64,000 nucleotides of DNA, from IMG/VR virus record IMGVR_UViG_3300048892_000198, positions 32,001 to 96,000 of that record. The stretch is one strand, 5' to 3'. The stretch is from a virus. Of this stretch, positions 17,511 through 26,610 are shown piece after piece. The translations under genes and the position numbers were made by a program. Below the pieces are notes generated by a model that had not been told where the DNA came from, ran no database searches, and worked only from the letters and a program-made list of their open reading frames with translations. Position 1 is the first letter of the stretch. Every line of letters begins with the position of its first letter.

Positions 17511-18728
17511 TCATTGTGGGCCAGGAAGAGGACTCTCCGCAAGGGCAAGCAATGACCGCGCGACGACCGAGCGGAGCTCGTTCACGCCGGACACCTGGAA
17601 GCGAGTGAAAATGTCATGGGTCTGCCTGCCGATGGTGCGCGGCGCCGTCGCTCGTAGAAACGAGAGCTCGGTCGTGTCGGCGCCATCGAGCAGATGACGA
17701 GCGATCTCGCCCTCCGCTCGAGTCAACCCCTCGAGCAGCCGCGGCTGCCGCGTGAATTCTATCAAGCAGGGGGAGGCAAGGTGTTCGATCGACGCTTGCA
17801 CGCGCGGAGCTTGCGACAAGAGCGGGATGATGAGCGGCACGCGCTTGGTCATGCACGCGACCCCGATCTGCGCCAAGGCGTCGGTGAGCAGGCGCGACAG
17901 GCTCGCTCGAGAGACCTGAAACTCCGCTCCAATTGCCTTGGCATGTCCGGTCGTCAGCCAGCGCTCCAGCACCAGGCGATCGCGGCCGGCGAGCGGTGTG
18001 CCCTGGTTACGACGGATCTCGATCCCGAAGACGTATTCGGTCGCGTACAGGCGACCGATGCGCCAGCTGCCCTGGCAGAGGCATTCCCAGACCGCGCCGA
18101 GCACGCGGAAATCATCCTTCACGCAATGGGGGTTGGGAGGCGGCAGAGTGGACGGGCGTGGGCGACGGATTCTCTCCGGTGATGCTTGCAGTAAGAGCGC
18201 GACGGCGCGGGCCTGCAGCTGGCTCACGCGGGGCTCGGAGATCCCGAGCTCGACTCCTATCTCGCGCTGCTTTGCGCCAGAGGCAACGCGCTGAATGATG
18301 ATCTTCAAACGATCGGGCAAGCGCTCGAATGCCGCCGCACGCTCCCGGATCTGGGCGATCGCGTCCAGGCGCTCATCGGGCGGCGTATCCCATGAGACCA
18401 AGAGCGCCTGATCCCCGAACGACAACTCATCGAGCCTCACGACCGATGGAGCCACAGTATCTTTTGATTGAGCCCGCGAGCGCGCGCGACGCGGCAGCCA
18501 GTCCTGAGTGCGGAGCTCGTCGATCACAGCCCCCCGCACGCGCACACGCAGGTACCACTCGAAGCCTTCACGGTTTCGGTCCGCGTTGACCGCCTGCCAC
18601 AGGCCGAGGAAGGCCGCTGCTTCCAGATCTTCGTAGAGCACGTTCCGGGGGAGCTTGCGCATAAACCCCTGAGCGATTCGCTTGGCTACCGGTCGATACT
18701 GCGCGAATAACTCCTCCGCATCGGACAT
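17511..18728 (-). CDS. FliA/WhiG (sigma-28)-like sigma factor fused to C-terminal HTH/LuxR domains
   Basis: LPRNVLYEDL...GLWQA...RVRGAVIDELRTQDWLPR (region 2); EIGVELGISEPRVSQL (region 4); LTRAEGEIARHLLDG...RTIGRQTHDIFTRFQVSG (LuxR). Confidence 0.85.
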   Translation of the reverse strand: MSDAEELFAQYRPVAKRIAQGFMRKLPRNVLYEDLEAAAFLGLWQAVNADRNREGFEWYLRVRVRGAVIDELRTQDWLPRRARSRAQSKDTVAPSVVRLDELSFGDQALLVSWDTPPDERLDAIAQIRERAAAFERLPDRLKIIIQRVASGAKQREIGVELGISEPRVSQLQARAVALLLQASPERIRRPRPSTLPPPNPHCVKDDFRVLGAVWECLCQGSWRIGRLYATEYVFGIEIRRNQGTPLAGRDRLVLERWLTTGHAKAIGAEFQVSRASLSRLLTDALAQIGVACMTKRVPLIIPLLSQAPRVQASIEHLASPCLIEFTRQPRLLEGLTRAEGEIARHLLDGADTTELSFLRATAPRTIGRQTHDIFTRFQVSGVNELRSVVARSLLALAESPLPGPQ

Positions 18729-18734
18729 GGGGAT

Positions 18735-19028
18735 CTAAGGCGGAGGCGCCTCATCCGAGCAGGCGTCAGCGGCTTGACAAGAAGTCGCCTGCGCTTGGCA
18801 GCGTGGGTTTTCCGAAGCGTAGCCGGAGGACTCGGTGTTCTCGCAAACAGCTTCGCAGGTGGCGCCCTTCGGAGTGGGATCACCCGCGGGGCAGTGCAGG
18901 ATCTGAAGGTGCGCACACATCACGATGCAGTCGCTGACCGTGCCCGCCTGGAGCGGTCCGTTGTGATTGACCGGGGGCGTGAGCGCACTCGAGCAAGACG
19001 CGAGCAAGACGACGGCGATGAATCTCAT
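18735..19028 (-). CDS. Cys-rich lipoprotein
   Basis: Lipobox LLASC; eight further Cys. Confidence 0.75.
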   Translation of the reverse strand: MRFIAVVLLASCSSALTPPVNHNGPLQAGTVSDCIVMCAHLQILHCPAGDPTPKGATCEAVCENTESSGYASENPRCQAQATSCQAADACSDEAPPP

Positions 19029-19783
19029 AGGAATGGCCCCACATCCACGGCCACGAAGCCGAGGCTTGACTTGACGTACCCTTCAGTGAGCCGGCAGCGG
19101 CCGTTGTCGCGCCAGTTCACGTCGTAGTGATTGAGGACCCCGAAGGTGCCGTCTGCCCCGTAGTCTTCGAGCACCATGGCGTGGCTCCCCACGATGTCGG
19201 TCGTCGGCGTGTCGATAAGAGTCGGGCCGCTGTCTTTTTCGAAGTCTCGGTTGACCTGCCAGGCCCCGATGACCGGGATCCCCTTGGAGATCGCATGGCG
19301 CACGGTGACGGCGTCCGAGCGATCGATCGAGTAGTAGCCCCGAAGCCCGCGACGATCGTAACCGTCGTGGAGCGCTGTTCCGCTCACGCGCGAGTTGATG
19401 CGCATGAGGTTGAAGGGCCAGACCTCTTCGGAGCAGAGCCCGAAGCGCGTGACGGCCGTGCCCATGGCCTCGAAACTCATCCCCGCGTCGGTGTCCTCGA
19501 GCCCCATCGACGCCCGGCCAAGCTTGTAGGGAAAGAGCCCGCTCAGATCCGGGCACTCGATGCCCTTCTTCAGGCACGCGAGACGGAAGGCCTGAGCGAT
19601 CGAGAAGCCGACGCAGGCATCCGAGGCGCTCTGGTATTTCGCCTGCACGCGATCGTCGCGCACGCTGGCCGAGAGGGGGAAGGAAGGCTCGGCGCCGATG
19701 AGCGCCGAGAGCGGCCGCGTCGTCGGCGCAAACGGCGCCTCAATGAAGCCTCGACCCCTAGCCATCACCACGTCGTCGGTCAT
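19025..19783 (-). CDS. Papain-like (C1) cysteine peptidase
   Basis: QSASDACVGFS (oxyanion Q, catalytic C), GSHAMVLEDY (H), LNHYDVNWRDNG (N). Confidence 0.8.
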   Translation of the reverse strand: MTDDVVMARGRGFIEAPFAPTTRPLSALIGAEPSFPLSASVRDDRVQAKYQSASDACVGFSIAQAFRLACLKKGIECPDLSGLFPYKLGRASMGLEDTDAGMSFEAMGTAVTRFGLCSEEVWPFNLMRINSRVSGTALHDGYDRRGLRGYYSIDRSDAVTVRHAISKGIPVIGAWQVNRDFEKDSGPTLIDTPTTDIVGSHAMVLEDYGADGTFGVLNHYDVNWRDNGRCRLTEGYVKSSLGFVAVDVGPFL

Positions 19784-20217
19784 GACTGAATGCGGAGCCC
19801 GATCACACGGGGAACAGGGAAAGCGTCGGCCCCGGCAGTGCCGACGCCAACGAGTCCGGCGCCTATGGGGGAGATGCCGCGCGTCTTCAGGAAAGCGGTC
19901 AGGGTCTGGTAGGCGGCCGCGAAATCGGCGAAGGCAGCGTCGTACTGCCCCTGGTCAACCTGCTTCAGATCGCTCACGGTGCGCCCACCGAGCAGGAGCG
20001 CCTGGTTGGCCGCCGCCAAGAGCTGATCGTATTCGGCACGATCGGTGGGAGAGACCGGATGCGTCACCTGATATGCATCGAACACCGACTCAATCCCATT
20101 GAGCACGAGCGACGAGTCGGTAACGGCTGATTGAATGACCGGGATCGCGCTCGAGAGCGCACTGCAACCGGTCAGCGTGAGCACGAATAGGCAGAGCGCC
20201 CCGAGCAAGGTCTTCAT
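19780..20217 (-). CDS. Helical lipoprotein
   Basis: Signal peptide MKTLLGALCLFVLTLTGC with lipobox. Confidence 0.8.
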   Translation of the reverse strand: MKTLLGALCLFVLTLTGCSALSSAIPVIQSAVTDSSLVLNGIESVFDAYQVTHPVSPTDRAEYDQLLAAANQALLLGGRTVSDLKQVDQGQYDAAFADFAAAYQTLTAFLKTRGISPIGAGLVGVGTAGADAFPVPRVIGLRIQS

Positions 20218-20225
20218 GGCCGAAG

Positions 20226-20260
20226 ATCTTAGGCTACTCCGCCTTGCTCTCGCAAGTTTT
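20226..20260 (-). promoter_or_regulatory. Class-1 promoter AAAAC-TTGCGA-N18-TAAGAT
   Basis: 8 nt upstream of the lipoprotein ATG; conserved spacing. Confidence 0.7.
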
Positions 20261-20555
20261 AGTCGTCCGAGTAGCCGATGGCGGATCGCCGCGGGGGGTC
20301 AGCGCGCGCTTGAAGGCCTTGGAGCCGTAGGCGCAGGCGGAGCTCCTTGTCGATCTCATCGAGCAGCTGCGGGGGAAGTGGGAGAAGCTGCGAGTGCGGG
20401 TACCGCACGTATTTTCCCGCATCCCACACGCCGGCAGCGATTTGACCCGTCGAGTCGTGGAGCGACACCTGCACGCCTTTGACCTTGACGTGCACGTGGA
20501 TGCACTCGCCTTTGGGCAGGTGAGCGACGGCGCGGAAGTCGAAGTCTTCGCTCAT
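20259..20555 (-). CDS. Hypothetical protein
   Basis: Start MSEDFDF coupled to the upstream stop. Confidence 0.6.
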   Translation of the reverse strand: MSEDFDFRAVAHLPKGECIHVHVKVKGVQVSLHDSTGQIAAGVWDAGKYVRYPHSQLLPLPPQLLDEIDKELRLRLRLQGLQARADPPRRSAIGYSDD

Positions 20556-21184
20556 GGCGGCATGTACTCTGGGCAGAAGAGTGACTCGATCGACAGGGTG
20601 AGCTCTCCGCATGCGCAAGAACGTCCTGGCCCCGGGAGTTGGTTCTGGGTTTCCCATGGAACCACTTGCCCGCACGTTTGGCAGACCCATTCATGCTCGA
20701 TCCTCTTCTGGGAGCAGTTCTCGCAGCGGTTCTGAAAGACCTTACTCTGCTGGAAGAAGGCCCTCACTTTCGGTTCAGGGCCCTTCCAACCGTGAGCCCG
20801 GAGCACGCCTTCGATGTCGGGCGGCGTCCAGCCTTCGGGCTTCAAGATCTTTCCATCCGCTCGGCGCATCACCTTGAAGGTGCCGTCGGGTTGCAGCACG
20901 GCTTTCGCCATATTGGAGCGCTGCACCTCGTCCCAAAGCGCGTGGATTGGAAGCCCAAACTCGAGCGCTGTGCCGACCAGCACATAGATCGAGTCGATGA
21001 TGCCATCGGCGACCTCGACGAGATCGCGGGCAGCGAGCCCCTCCAGGAATTCCTTCGTCTCTTCGCTGACGAGCTTCTCTCGTAAATCGACACGCTCCAT
21101 TCCCGGAAACCCCGGCACCTTCAGGTCGGGCGCGTCCGTGACCTCGTGGAAGCGCGCCACGTCGTACTCCCAATCGATCGTCAT
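20552..21184 (-). CDS. MazG-like/PRA-PH family nucleotide pyrophosphohydrolase with C-terminal Zn ribbon
   Basis: VARFH...EETKEF...DLVEVADGIIDSIYV...DEVQRSNMAK...RADGKILKPEGW; CxxC pairs at the C-terminus. Confidence 0.85.
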   Translation of the reverse strand: MTIDWEYDVARFHEVTDAPDLKVPGFPGMERVDLREKLVSEETKEFLEGLAARDLVEVADGIIDSIYVLVGTALEFGLPIHALWDEVQRSNMAKAVLQPDGTFKVMRRADGKILKPEGWTPPDIEGVLRAHGWKGPEPKVRAFFQQSKVFQNRCENCSQKRIEHEWVCQTCGQVVPWETQNQLPGPGRSCACGELTLSIESLFCPEYMPP

Positions 21185-21543
21185 AGCGGGATCTCCACGA
21201 CGGTCCAGCCAGGCTGGCGCATCATCTCCCGCACGACCGCCTCGAAGTCCCAAAGCGCGCACCGGGCAAGGTCAGTCCTGTCTCCGTAGCTGACGCAGTG
21301 CACCCCATCTCGCACTCGGCGCGGATTTAACCTGGTCTCGATCACTTTCTCTACCTCAGGCCAGAGCGCGCCGTGCCCGAACACCTCAAGATCGGTGCCG
21401 TTCCAGCGAGCGTCCACGGTCGCGCTCGTGCGCGTCACCCTCGACATCCCACCGATCTTCGATTCTATCGTTTCGGAGGACTCCCTCGTCACGAGCACTC
21501 GAGCATGCTGCCCGAGCGTCATCGCTTTCCAATTGAGCATCAT
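21181..21543 (-). CDS. Hypothetical protein
   Basis: RBS AGGAG upstream of ATG; coupled. Confidence 0.6.
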   Translation of the reverse strand: MMLNWKAMTLGQHARVLVTRESSETIESKIGGMSRVTRTSATVDARWNGTDLEVFGHGALWPEVEKVIETRLNPRRVRDGVHCVSYGDRTDLARCALWDFEAVVREMMRQPGWTVVEIPL

Positions 21544-21556
21544 CGTCGTTGTTCTC

Positions 21557-23035
21557 CTATCGGTTGTACCACTGGTCTTCGTCATCAGGCGGCATCGGAT
21601 CGACATCGACGTTGTCACCGAAGTTCTGGACTTCTTCGTACCCCGTCTCAAGCGGCCGGAAGCTGATCGTCGGTCCATGGAATCCGAGCATCACCGTGCC
21701 GGTCGCGCCGCCGCGCTGTTTGGCGATGATGATCTCGGCTTCGTTTCCGGCGTCTTTGGCGTAGTACCCCTCGCGGTAGACAAACCACACCCAGTCGGCA
21801 TCGTTTTCGATAGCGCCTGACTCACGGAGATCGGCGAGCGTCGGGCGCTTGTCGCCGGTCTTCTTCTCGGGAGCTCGGTTGGTTTGAGACAAAGCGATCA
21901 CGCAGAGCGCCTCCGCCTTCGACAGGTTTTTCAGCCCCTTGGTGATGGACGATACCTCGAGCTCACGGCTCTGACTCTTGTCGCCCATCATGAGCTGCAA
22001 GTAGTCGATGGCCGCGGCGGCGAGTTTTCTGGCGAGGATCCTGCCCTGGTCGATCTCACGCTTGATCTTCCGGATGATGCTGCGGAGCTCCTGCACCGTA
22101 AGGCCAGGCTTGTCGCCGACGAGGAGCGGCTGCTTACTCAGCACATCGGCCGCATGAAAGAGCCGCTCCCAGTCTTTGCTGGTGAGGAGGTTGAGGCGCA
22201 TCTTCTGAAACTCCACATTGGCTTCGATGCACACCAAGCGAAGCGCCACTTCCTGAGCCGGCATCTCGAGCGAGTGCAGGTAGACTGCGTCCGGGAGCGA
22301 GCCGTCCTTCGGCACGCGCGTCGACCGAATCAAGCTCGAGGTGGCCAGGCTCGACTTACCCATGCCGGGCCTCGAAGCCACGATGCCGAGGTGTCCAGGT
22401 TGGTAGCCGCCGCTCTTCTTGTCGAGCTCACTGAATCCCGTCGTGAGCCCAAGCTGGCCGCCGTTTCGGAGGGATTCAGCGAGCTCCGTGAGGGCTTGTC
22501 CGGCGATGACGCCCGCAATCGCGTACGTAGTCTCGCGCTCGGTGTGAGCGAGCTCCCAGATCTTCTGCTCGTGCTCTTCGATGAGCACGCGCGTCGGCAC
22601 GCCTTGAGGCTGATAGAGACGCGCGATCGTCTCGACCGCCACCGATTGCACTTGGCGCGCTGTCCAGGCCGCGATGATGCTCCGGCAGTGCTGCTCCAGC
22701 ACCCCAGGACGCGACTCGACGGGGTACTCGTCAACGAGCTGAGCCAGGTAGGGCGTGCCGCCGACTTGATCGAGTCGATTGAGCGAGCGCAGATCGCCGG
22801 CGAGGCTCACGAGATCCACGTGCTTGCCCGCCTCCACGCTGATGCGGACGATGGAGCCCCAGATGATGGTGTTGGCGCCTGCATAGAAATGCTCGGGCTC
22901 TAGTCCCGTCGAGACCGCGCGATCGATGTCGCCTTCCGTCAAGATGGCCCAGCTGATGACGTAACCTTCGGCGTCCAGATCGTTGGGCGGCACGCGCCCG
23001 GGTGCGGGCGTGCCGTGCGAAGCTGGATCGGTCAC
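21557..23035 (-). CDS. dnaB: Replicative DNA helicase
   Basis: PPNDLDAE N-terminus; Walker A SRPGMGKS; SLEM; IDYLQLM; LSQTNR; DLRESGAIENDAD; IIAKQRGG. Confidence 0.95.
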   Translation of the reverse strand: MTDPASHGTPAPGRVPPNDLDAEGYVISWAILTEGDIDRAVSTGLEPEHFYAGANTIIWGSIVRISVEAGKHVDLVSLAGDLRSLNRLDQVGGTPYLAQLVDEYPVESRPGVLEQHCRSIIAAWTARQVQSVAVETIARLYQPQGVPTRVLIEEHEQKIWELAHTERETTYAIAGVIAGQALTELAESLRNGGQLGLTTGFSELDKKSGGYQPGHLGIVASRPGMGKSSLATSSLIRSTRVPKDGSLPDAVYLHSLEMPAQEVALRLVCIEANVEFQKMRLNLLTSKDWERLFHAADVLSKQPLLVGDKPGLTVQELRSIIRKIKREIDQGRILARKLAAAAIDYLQLMMGDKSQSRELEVSSITKGLKNLSKAEALCVIALSQTNRAPEKKTGDKRPTLADLRESGAIENDADWVWFVYREGYYAKDAGNEAEIIIAKQRGGATGTVMLGFHGPTISFRPLETGYEEVQNFGDNVDVDPMPPDDEDQWYNR

Positions 23036-23475
23036 TTGAAGCGGCGCTCTCGCTGAAAGAAGTCGCACAAGATCCGGTCGACCTCATCCTCCACGCTGGA
23101 GCCGTAGATCCCTTGCCGCACGCGATGCTCGATGAGCCCAATGAGCTCCGAACGCACTTGCACGGGTCTGCCAGATTTGCGCATGCCCTGGAGCTCGGCG
23201 ACGAGCCCATCGACGACTCGCCCGTATTCTTTGTCCTCAATGGACAGGCGCGTCATCTTTTTGCAGGCGCTCAAGATCGTCGTGTGGTCTTTTCGATGAA
23301 AGGCCTCAGCGATCTGAGCGTATGAAAAATGACCCACCAGTCGCGCGACATACATGGCCGTGTGACGCGCCACCACGTGCGAGGTCACGCGGCGCGGACT
23401 CGTGAGCGAGGCGGGGTCGGCGGAGTAATGCCGAGCTACCGCTTCGATGACCGCGGTGAGGAGTGGCTCTGTCAC
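23032..23475 (-). CDS. DnaA C-terminal (domain IV) HTH protein with C-terminal RHH-like extension
   Basis: VARHY...RR...VVARHTAMYVAR...SYAQIAEAFHRKDHTTILSACKK. Confidence 0.85.
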   Translation of the reverse strand: MTEPLLTAVIEAVARHYSADPASLTSPRRVTSHVVARHTAMYVARLVGHFSYAQIAEAFHRKDHTTILSACKKMTRLSIEDKEYGRVVDGLVAELQGMRKSGRPVQVRSELIGLIEHRVRQGIYGSSVEDEVDRILCDFFQRERRFK

Positions 23476-23478
23476 TCG

Positions 23479-23757
23479 TTACCGGAGGCGCAGTCCGTGA
23501 GGGGTGCTCTTGATCTTCTCGTAGAAGTTAGGCGAGCAGGTCATCTGCACCGGATCACCGATGGGCTCTTCGCGCTCGCCTTCCATGTCGGTCGACAGAC
23601 GGGAAGCAACATCACCCACCATCTGTAGCCGGTCCGCATCGGTCAGGTGGTAGGACGATCCCGCGTTGTACTTGCGACCGTCGGGCAACACGACGATCCA
23701 GAGCTGTTTTACGATGAGGGGCTGGGTCATGATCTTGGGGGCACCTTTTTGTTTCAT
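23479..23757 (-). CDS. Hypothetical protein
   Basis: Coupled ORF. Confidence 0.6.
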   Translation of the reverse strand: MKQKGAPKIMTQPLIVKQLWIVVLPDGRKYNAGSSYHLTDADRLQMVGDVASRLSTDMEGEREEPIGDPVQMTCSPNFYEKIKSTPHGLRLR

Positions 23758-24302
23758 TCGAAGGGGATCAGTGCGGCGTCGTCGCGTTGGTAGAGCGGGT
23801 GCACCGGCTGACCCGACTGCGTCTTCTTGAAGCAGTAGAATTCACAGCCAAAGATCTCATCGATCAGGCGCGCGACCTGGAGACCGCGGCCCAAGATCTC
23901 TCCCTCGTTGCCCCAGCCGTACACGATCTGATGCGAGTCACCCACGACGGTCAGGATGTGTTGGTCGTTGCCGGGACCGATGAGATCGCGCGTCGAGGCG
24001 AGCGAACGGAGTTTCTTCGAGTCCGTCTCGCGGTAGGCGAAGAGGTTGACGACCGCGAGGCGCGCATAGCCCCACGTGCGACCGTACTTCATCAGCTTTT
24101 CGATCGTCGGGTCGTTGGCGTTTTCGTCGGCGGTCGAAGGATTGAGCATGACGAAGCACACCGTGCGACGATCGGGAGCGGGGTCGTTCCAGGATTCGCC
24201 GTCGAGTGAGCGGTAGAGCGCGTAGCGATACACGCGATCCTCGCTCAAGACGGCGTGGGCCGTTTCCTTCAGCCAGGGCATGACGGTTTGCTTCATCGGC
24301 AT
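23754..24302 (-). CDS. DUF1643 family protein
   Basis: YRYALYR...FVMLNPSTADENANDPTI...VNLFAYR...GWGN...PVHPLY. Confidence 0.9.
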   Translation of the reverse strand: MPMKQTVMPWLKETAHAVLSEDRVYRYALYRSLDGESWNDPAPDRRTVCFVMLNPSTADENANDPTIEKLMKYGRTWGYARLAVVNLFAYRETDSKKLRSLASTRDLIGPGNDQHILTVVGDSHQIVYGWGNEGEILGRGLQVARLIDEIFGCEFYCFKKTQSGQPVHPLYQRDDAALIPFE

Positions 24303-24305
24303 GGC

Positions 24306-24569
24306 TCAGGTCTTGATGGCTTGAGAGAGCATGGCGGCGAGCAGGCGGCCGCCCGTAGGAGGAGCTTCGGGGGCGGCGGGAGGCGGCGGCGACGCCTTCT
24401 GCTGCTTGCGCTCGGCTTGAGCCGCAAGGCGTTGGGCTTTGCGCTCGGCGTCGGCCGACGCCCGTGCTTGGCGGAGCACCTGCTCCTGGCGGCGGTCCAC
24501 TTCGATCTCATGAAGGATCGAGCGGCGTTGACGACGTTGACGACGGAGTCTTCGGGTATGGGGGTTCAT
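24306..24569 (-). CDS. Small basic protein
   Basis: Arg-rich ORF MNPHTRRLRRQRR. Confidence 0.5.
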   Translation of the reverse strand: MNPHTRRLRRQRRQRRSILHEIEVDRRQEQVLRQARASADAERKAQRLAAQAERKQQKASPPPPAAPEAPPTGGRLLAAMLSQAIKT

Positions 24570-24734
24570 TGAAAGATCTTCCAGATGATGATGCCTATGC
24601 AAATCAGAAACTGAATCCCAGCCAGGGCGAAGCAGGCTCGGCTGGTGCGCCTTAGCTGAGCACGCATTTCGACCCATTCAGACGGGGGGTCGTTCATTTG
24701 GAGGCAATCTCTTTTTGTAAGCAACGGATCACCG

Positions 24735-24863
24735 TCACGGGGTCCAGTTCCAGATGATGAAGGCCGCGTTTCCGAGACTGAGCGCGATCAATACGGCGGC
24801 CGCAATGCGTGACCAGCGCTTGAGCGATCGGAACTGCTCTTGCAGATCTTTCGACATAGCCAT
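24735..24863 (-). CDS. 42-aa single-TM protein (below the ORF-track cutoff)
   Basis: MAMSKDLQEQFRSLKRWSRIAAAVLIALSLGNAAFIIWNWTP; TGATG coupling. Confidence 0.55.
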   Translation of the reverse strand: MAMSKDLQEQFRSLKRWSRIAAAVLIALSLGNAAFIIWNWTP

Positions 24864-25141
24864 CAGCAGAACGACCTCAAGTAACGCAACATCTCGACTT
24901 CGATCTCCTCGAGATCTTGCTTGGCAACGGGACCGGAGTACACGAGCCAGCGGCCCTCGACGCAGACGGAGAGCCCAGCAGCAAGCACCGCCGGACCCTT
25001 GAAGGAGCTAATCGGCGATGACCTGGCTGCCCCCTCGTAGTCTAACTTTACGCTCCTCAAAACGGGACCCGGCGTGTCCGCTGGCGGAAGCAAGGAACGC
25101 AGGACCTCGTTCGTGGCGGCAAATTCTTCGAGCGCAATCAT
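24863..25141 (-). CDS. Hypothetical protein
   Basis: Coupled ORF. Confidence 0.6.
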   Translation of the reverse strand: MIALEEFAATNEVLRSLLPPADTPGPVLRSVKLDYEGAARSSPISSFKGPAVLAAGLSVCVEGRWLVYSGPVAKQDLEEIEVEMLRYLRSFC

Positions 25142-25368
25142 CCTGCCTGAACTCCCGTAGCGAGCGCCGCGCGGAGTCGATCATGAACGATGCCAGCCAT
25201 CTTCACGAAGGCGTCGCGAGAGCATCCGCCCTCGATCCAGCGATCTGAAACCGCGAGCGCTGTGAGCATCAGCGAGAATGCCGCCTCTCGATCAGGCAGC
25301 CCCGAGGCCTTGGCGAGGTGACAGAATCCTTGCAGAGACCCATCGAAGTCCTCTCTGGTCATGGCCAT
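25138..25368 (-). CDS. Hypothetical protein
   Basis: Coupled ORF. Confidence 0.6.
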   Translation of the reverse strand: MAMTREDFDGSLQGFCHLAKASGLPDREAAFSLMLTALAVSDRWIEGGCSRDAFVKMAGIVHDRLRAALATGVQAG

Positions 25369-26304
25369 TCAGCCTCTCTCGAACGCCAAGGCGTCCTCTT
25401 CCCCGTGGATGAGTTTTCGGGCCTGCACCCAGCCGTTGAAGTTGCCGCAGAAGTACTCGTACTCCCCCTGCTTCCATGGCATGACGCTCGTGAAGACGCT
25501 CCCGCTTTCATCCGGGATGGGCGACGCAAACTTTCGACTGCGGCCGAAGACGCTCGCGCGCTCGTACTCACTCATGGGTCGAGCGACGTGCTCCCAGGGC
25601 GCCATGTGGCCATTGGTCAAGCAGGTATTGGCCAAGCGCTTGTCGGCCGTCGGATCGATTTGTCCCTCGTGGTTCAGGTAGCTCACGCGCGCAGAGCGCC
25701 CGACGGAGATCTTGATGCGCTCCTCGATCGAGTACGCCGTGCGATGTGAATCATCGTCCGGCTCGAAGGGCAGGTGCCAATCTCCCTCCTTCAGCAGCTT
25801 CGGGCGGCTTGTGCGGTAGAGATCGTTCATGAGGGCAGCGACCTTCTGGATCTCAGGCTGAGCCAGCTTGTTATCTCGGAGGTGGAAGAAGTTCGACCAC
25901 TCGGTCGCGGTCACGATGACCGTGTGCCACATGAAGGGCTCCAAGAGGCGATTGGTGGTCTGCTTGTGAATCCCCACGTCCATCAAAAACTCGGCGGACT
26001 TGATGGCGCTGTACATGGCCTCGTTCCAGGTGTCGCGGGCGCGCGCGATCTCGTCCAGAGTGAGCACTTCTTCGGAGGCCTGCATGCCCTTCTTCTCTTT
26101 TCCCCAGACGGGTTCGAAGAGGTCGTTGTACAGGCGCTCGATCTGCTTTTTCGGTGGGATAGCACGCGAGCTCGCGCTGCTCCGCGAAAATATCCGGTGC
26201 GTATTGAACTCCGCCAGGACGATCCTCGGGAACGTTCCCACGAAGGTAGTCAGGCGCTCGCCGTACTGCGTGATGGAGTCTCTCTCGATGCGGGCTTCGT
26301 ACAT
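25369..26304 (-). CDS. thyX: FAD-dependent thymidylate synthase (phage type)
   Basis: LAEFNTHRIFSRSSASSRAIP; HKQTTNRLLEPF; NFFHLR..LAQPEI; RSARVSY; HMAPWEH. Confidence 0.9.
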   Translation of the reverse strand: MYEARIERDSITQYGERLTTFVGTFPRIVLAEFNTHRIFSRSSASSRAIPPKKQIERLYNDLFEPVWGKEKKGMQASEEVLTLDEIARARDTWNEAMYSAIKSAEFLMDVGIHKQTTNRLLEPFMWHTVIVTATEWSNFFHLRDNKLAQPEIQKVAALMNDLYRTSRPKLLKEGDWHLPFEPDDDSHRTAYSIEERIKISVGRSARVSYLNHEGQIDPTADKRLANTCLTNGHMAPWEHVARPMSEYERASVFGRSRKFASPIPDESGSVFTSVMPWKQGEYEYFCGNFNGWVQARKLIHGEEDALAFERG

Positions 26305-26313
26305 GGGATACTT

Positions 26314-26610
26314 TCAGTTGGATTGGTTTTGTGGCTGCGAATTTGGGGCATGAAAGAGCCCCATCATCAGGGGGATCCCCACTATCCCCAACAAGACCAT
26401 CGGGGCTTTGCGCACGAGCGCACGCAGGCGCAGGGCCTCGACCATCTTCTCGAGATTGACCGACCCATAACGGATCTGTAGCCGCATCTCGACTCGCACG
26501 AAGGCGCGCAGCCAATCATCGCTCGGTCGGCTCGCGTCGAGCGAATGTCGCCAGCGGTCGACCTTCGGAAAGAGCGCGCTGAAGAGGAGGTTCTCGAGGA
26601 GCTCTTCCAT
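26314..26610 (-). CDS. Hypothetical protein with C-terminal hydrophobic segment
   Basis: Coupled ORF. Confidence 0.55.
   Translation of the reverse strand: MEELLENLLFSALFPKVDRWRHSLDASRPSDDWLRAFVRVEMRLQIRYGSVNLEKMVEALRLRALVRKAPMVLLGIVGIPLMMGLFHAPNSQPQNQSN

Noticed and set aside
24551-24582. GGAAGATC upstream of 24569 as a class-2 promoter
   Set aside because: Downstream box reads CATA and falls inside the ORF, after the start codon.
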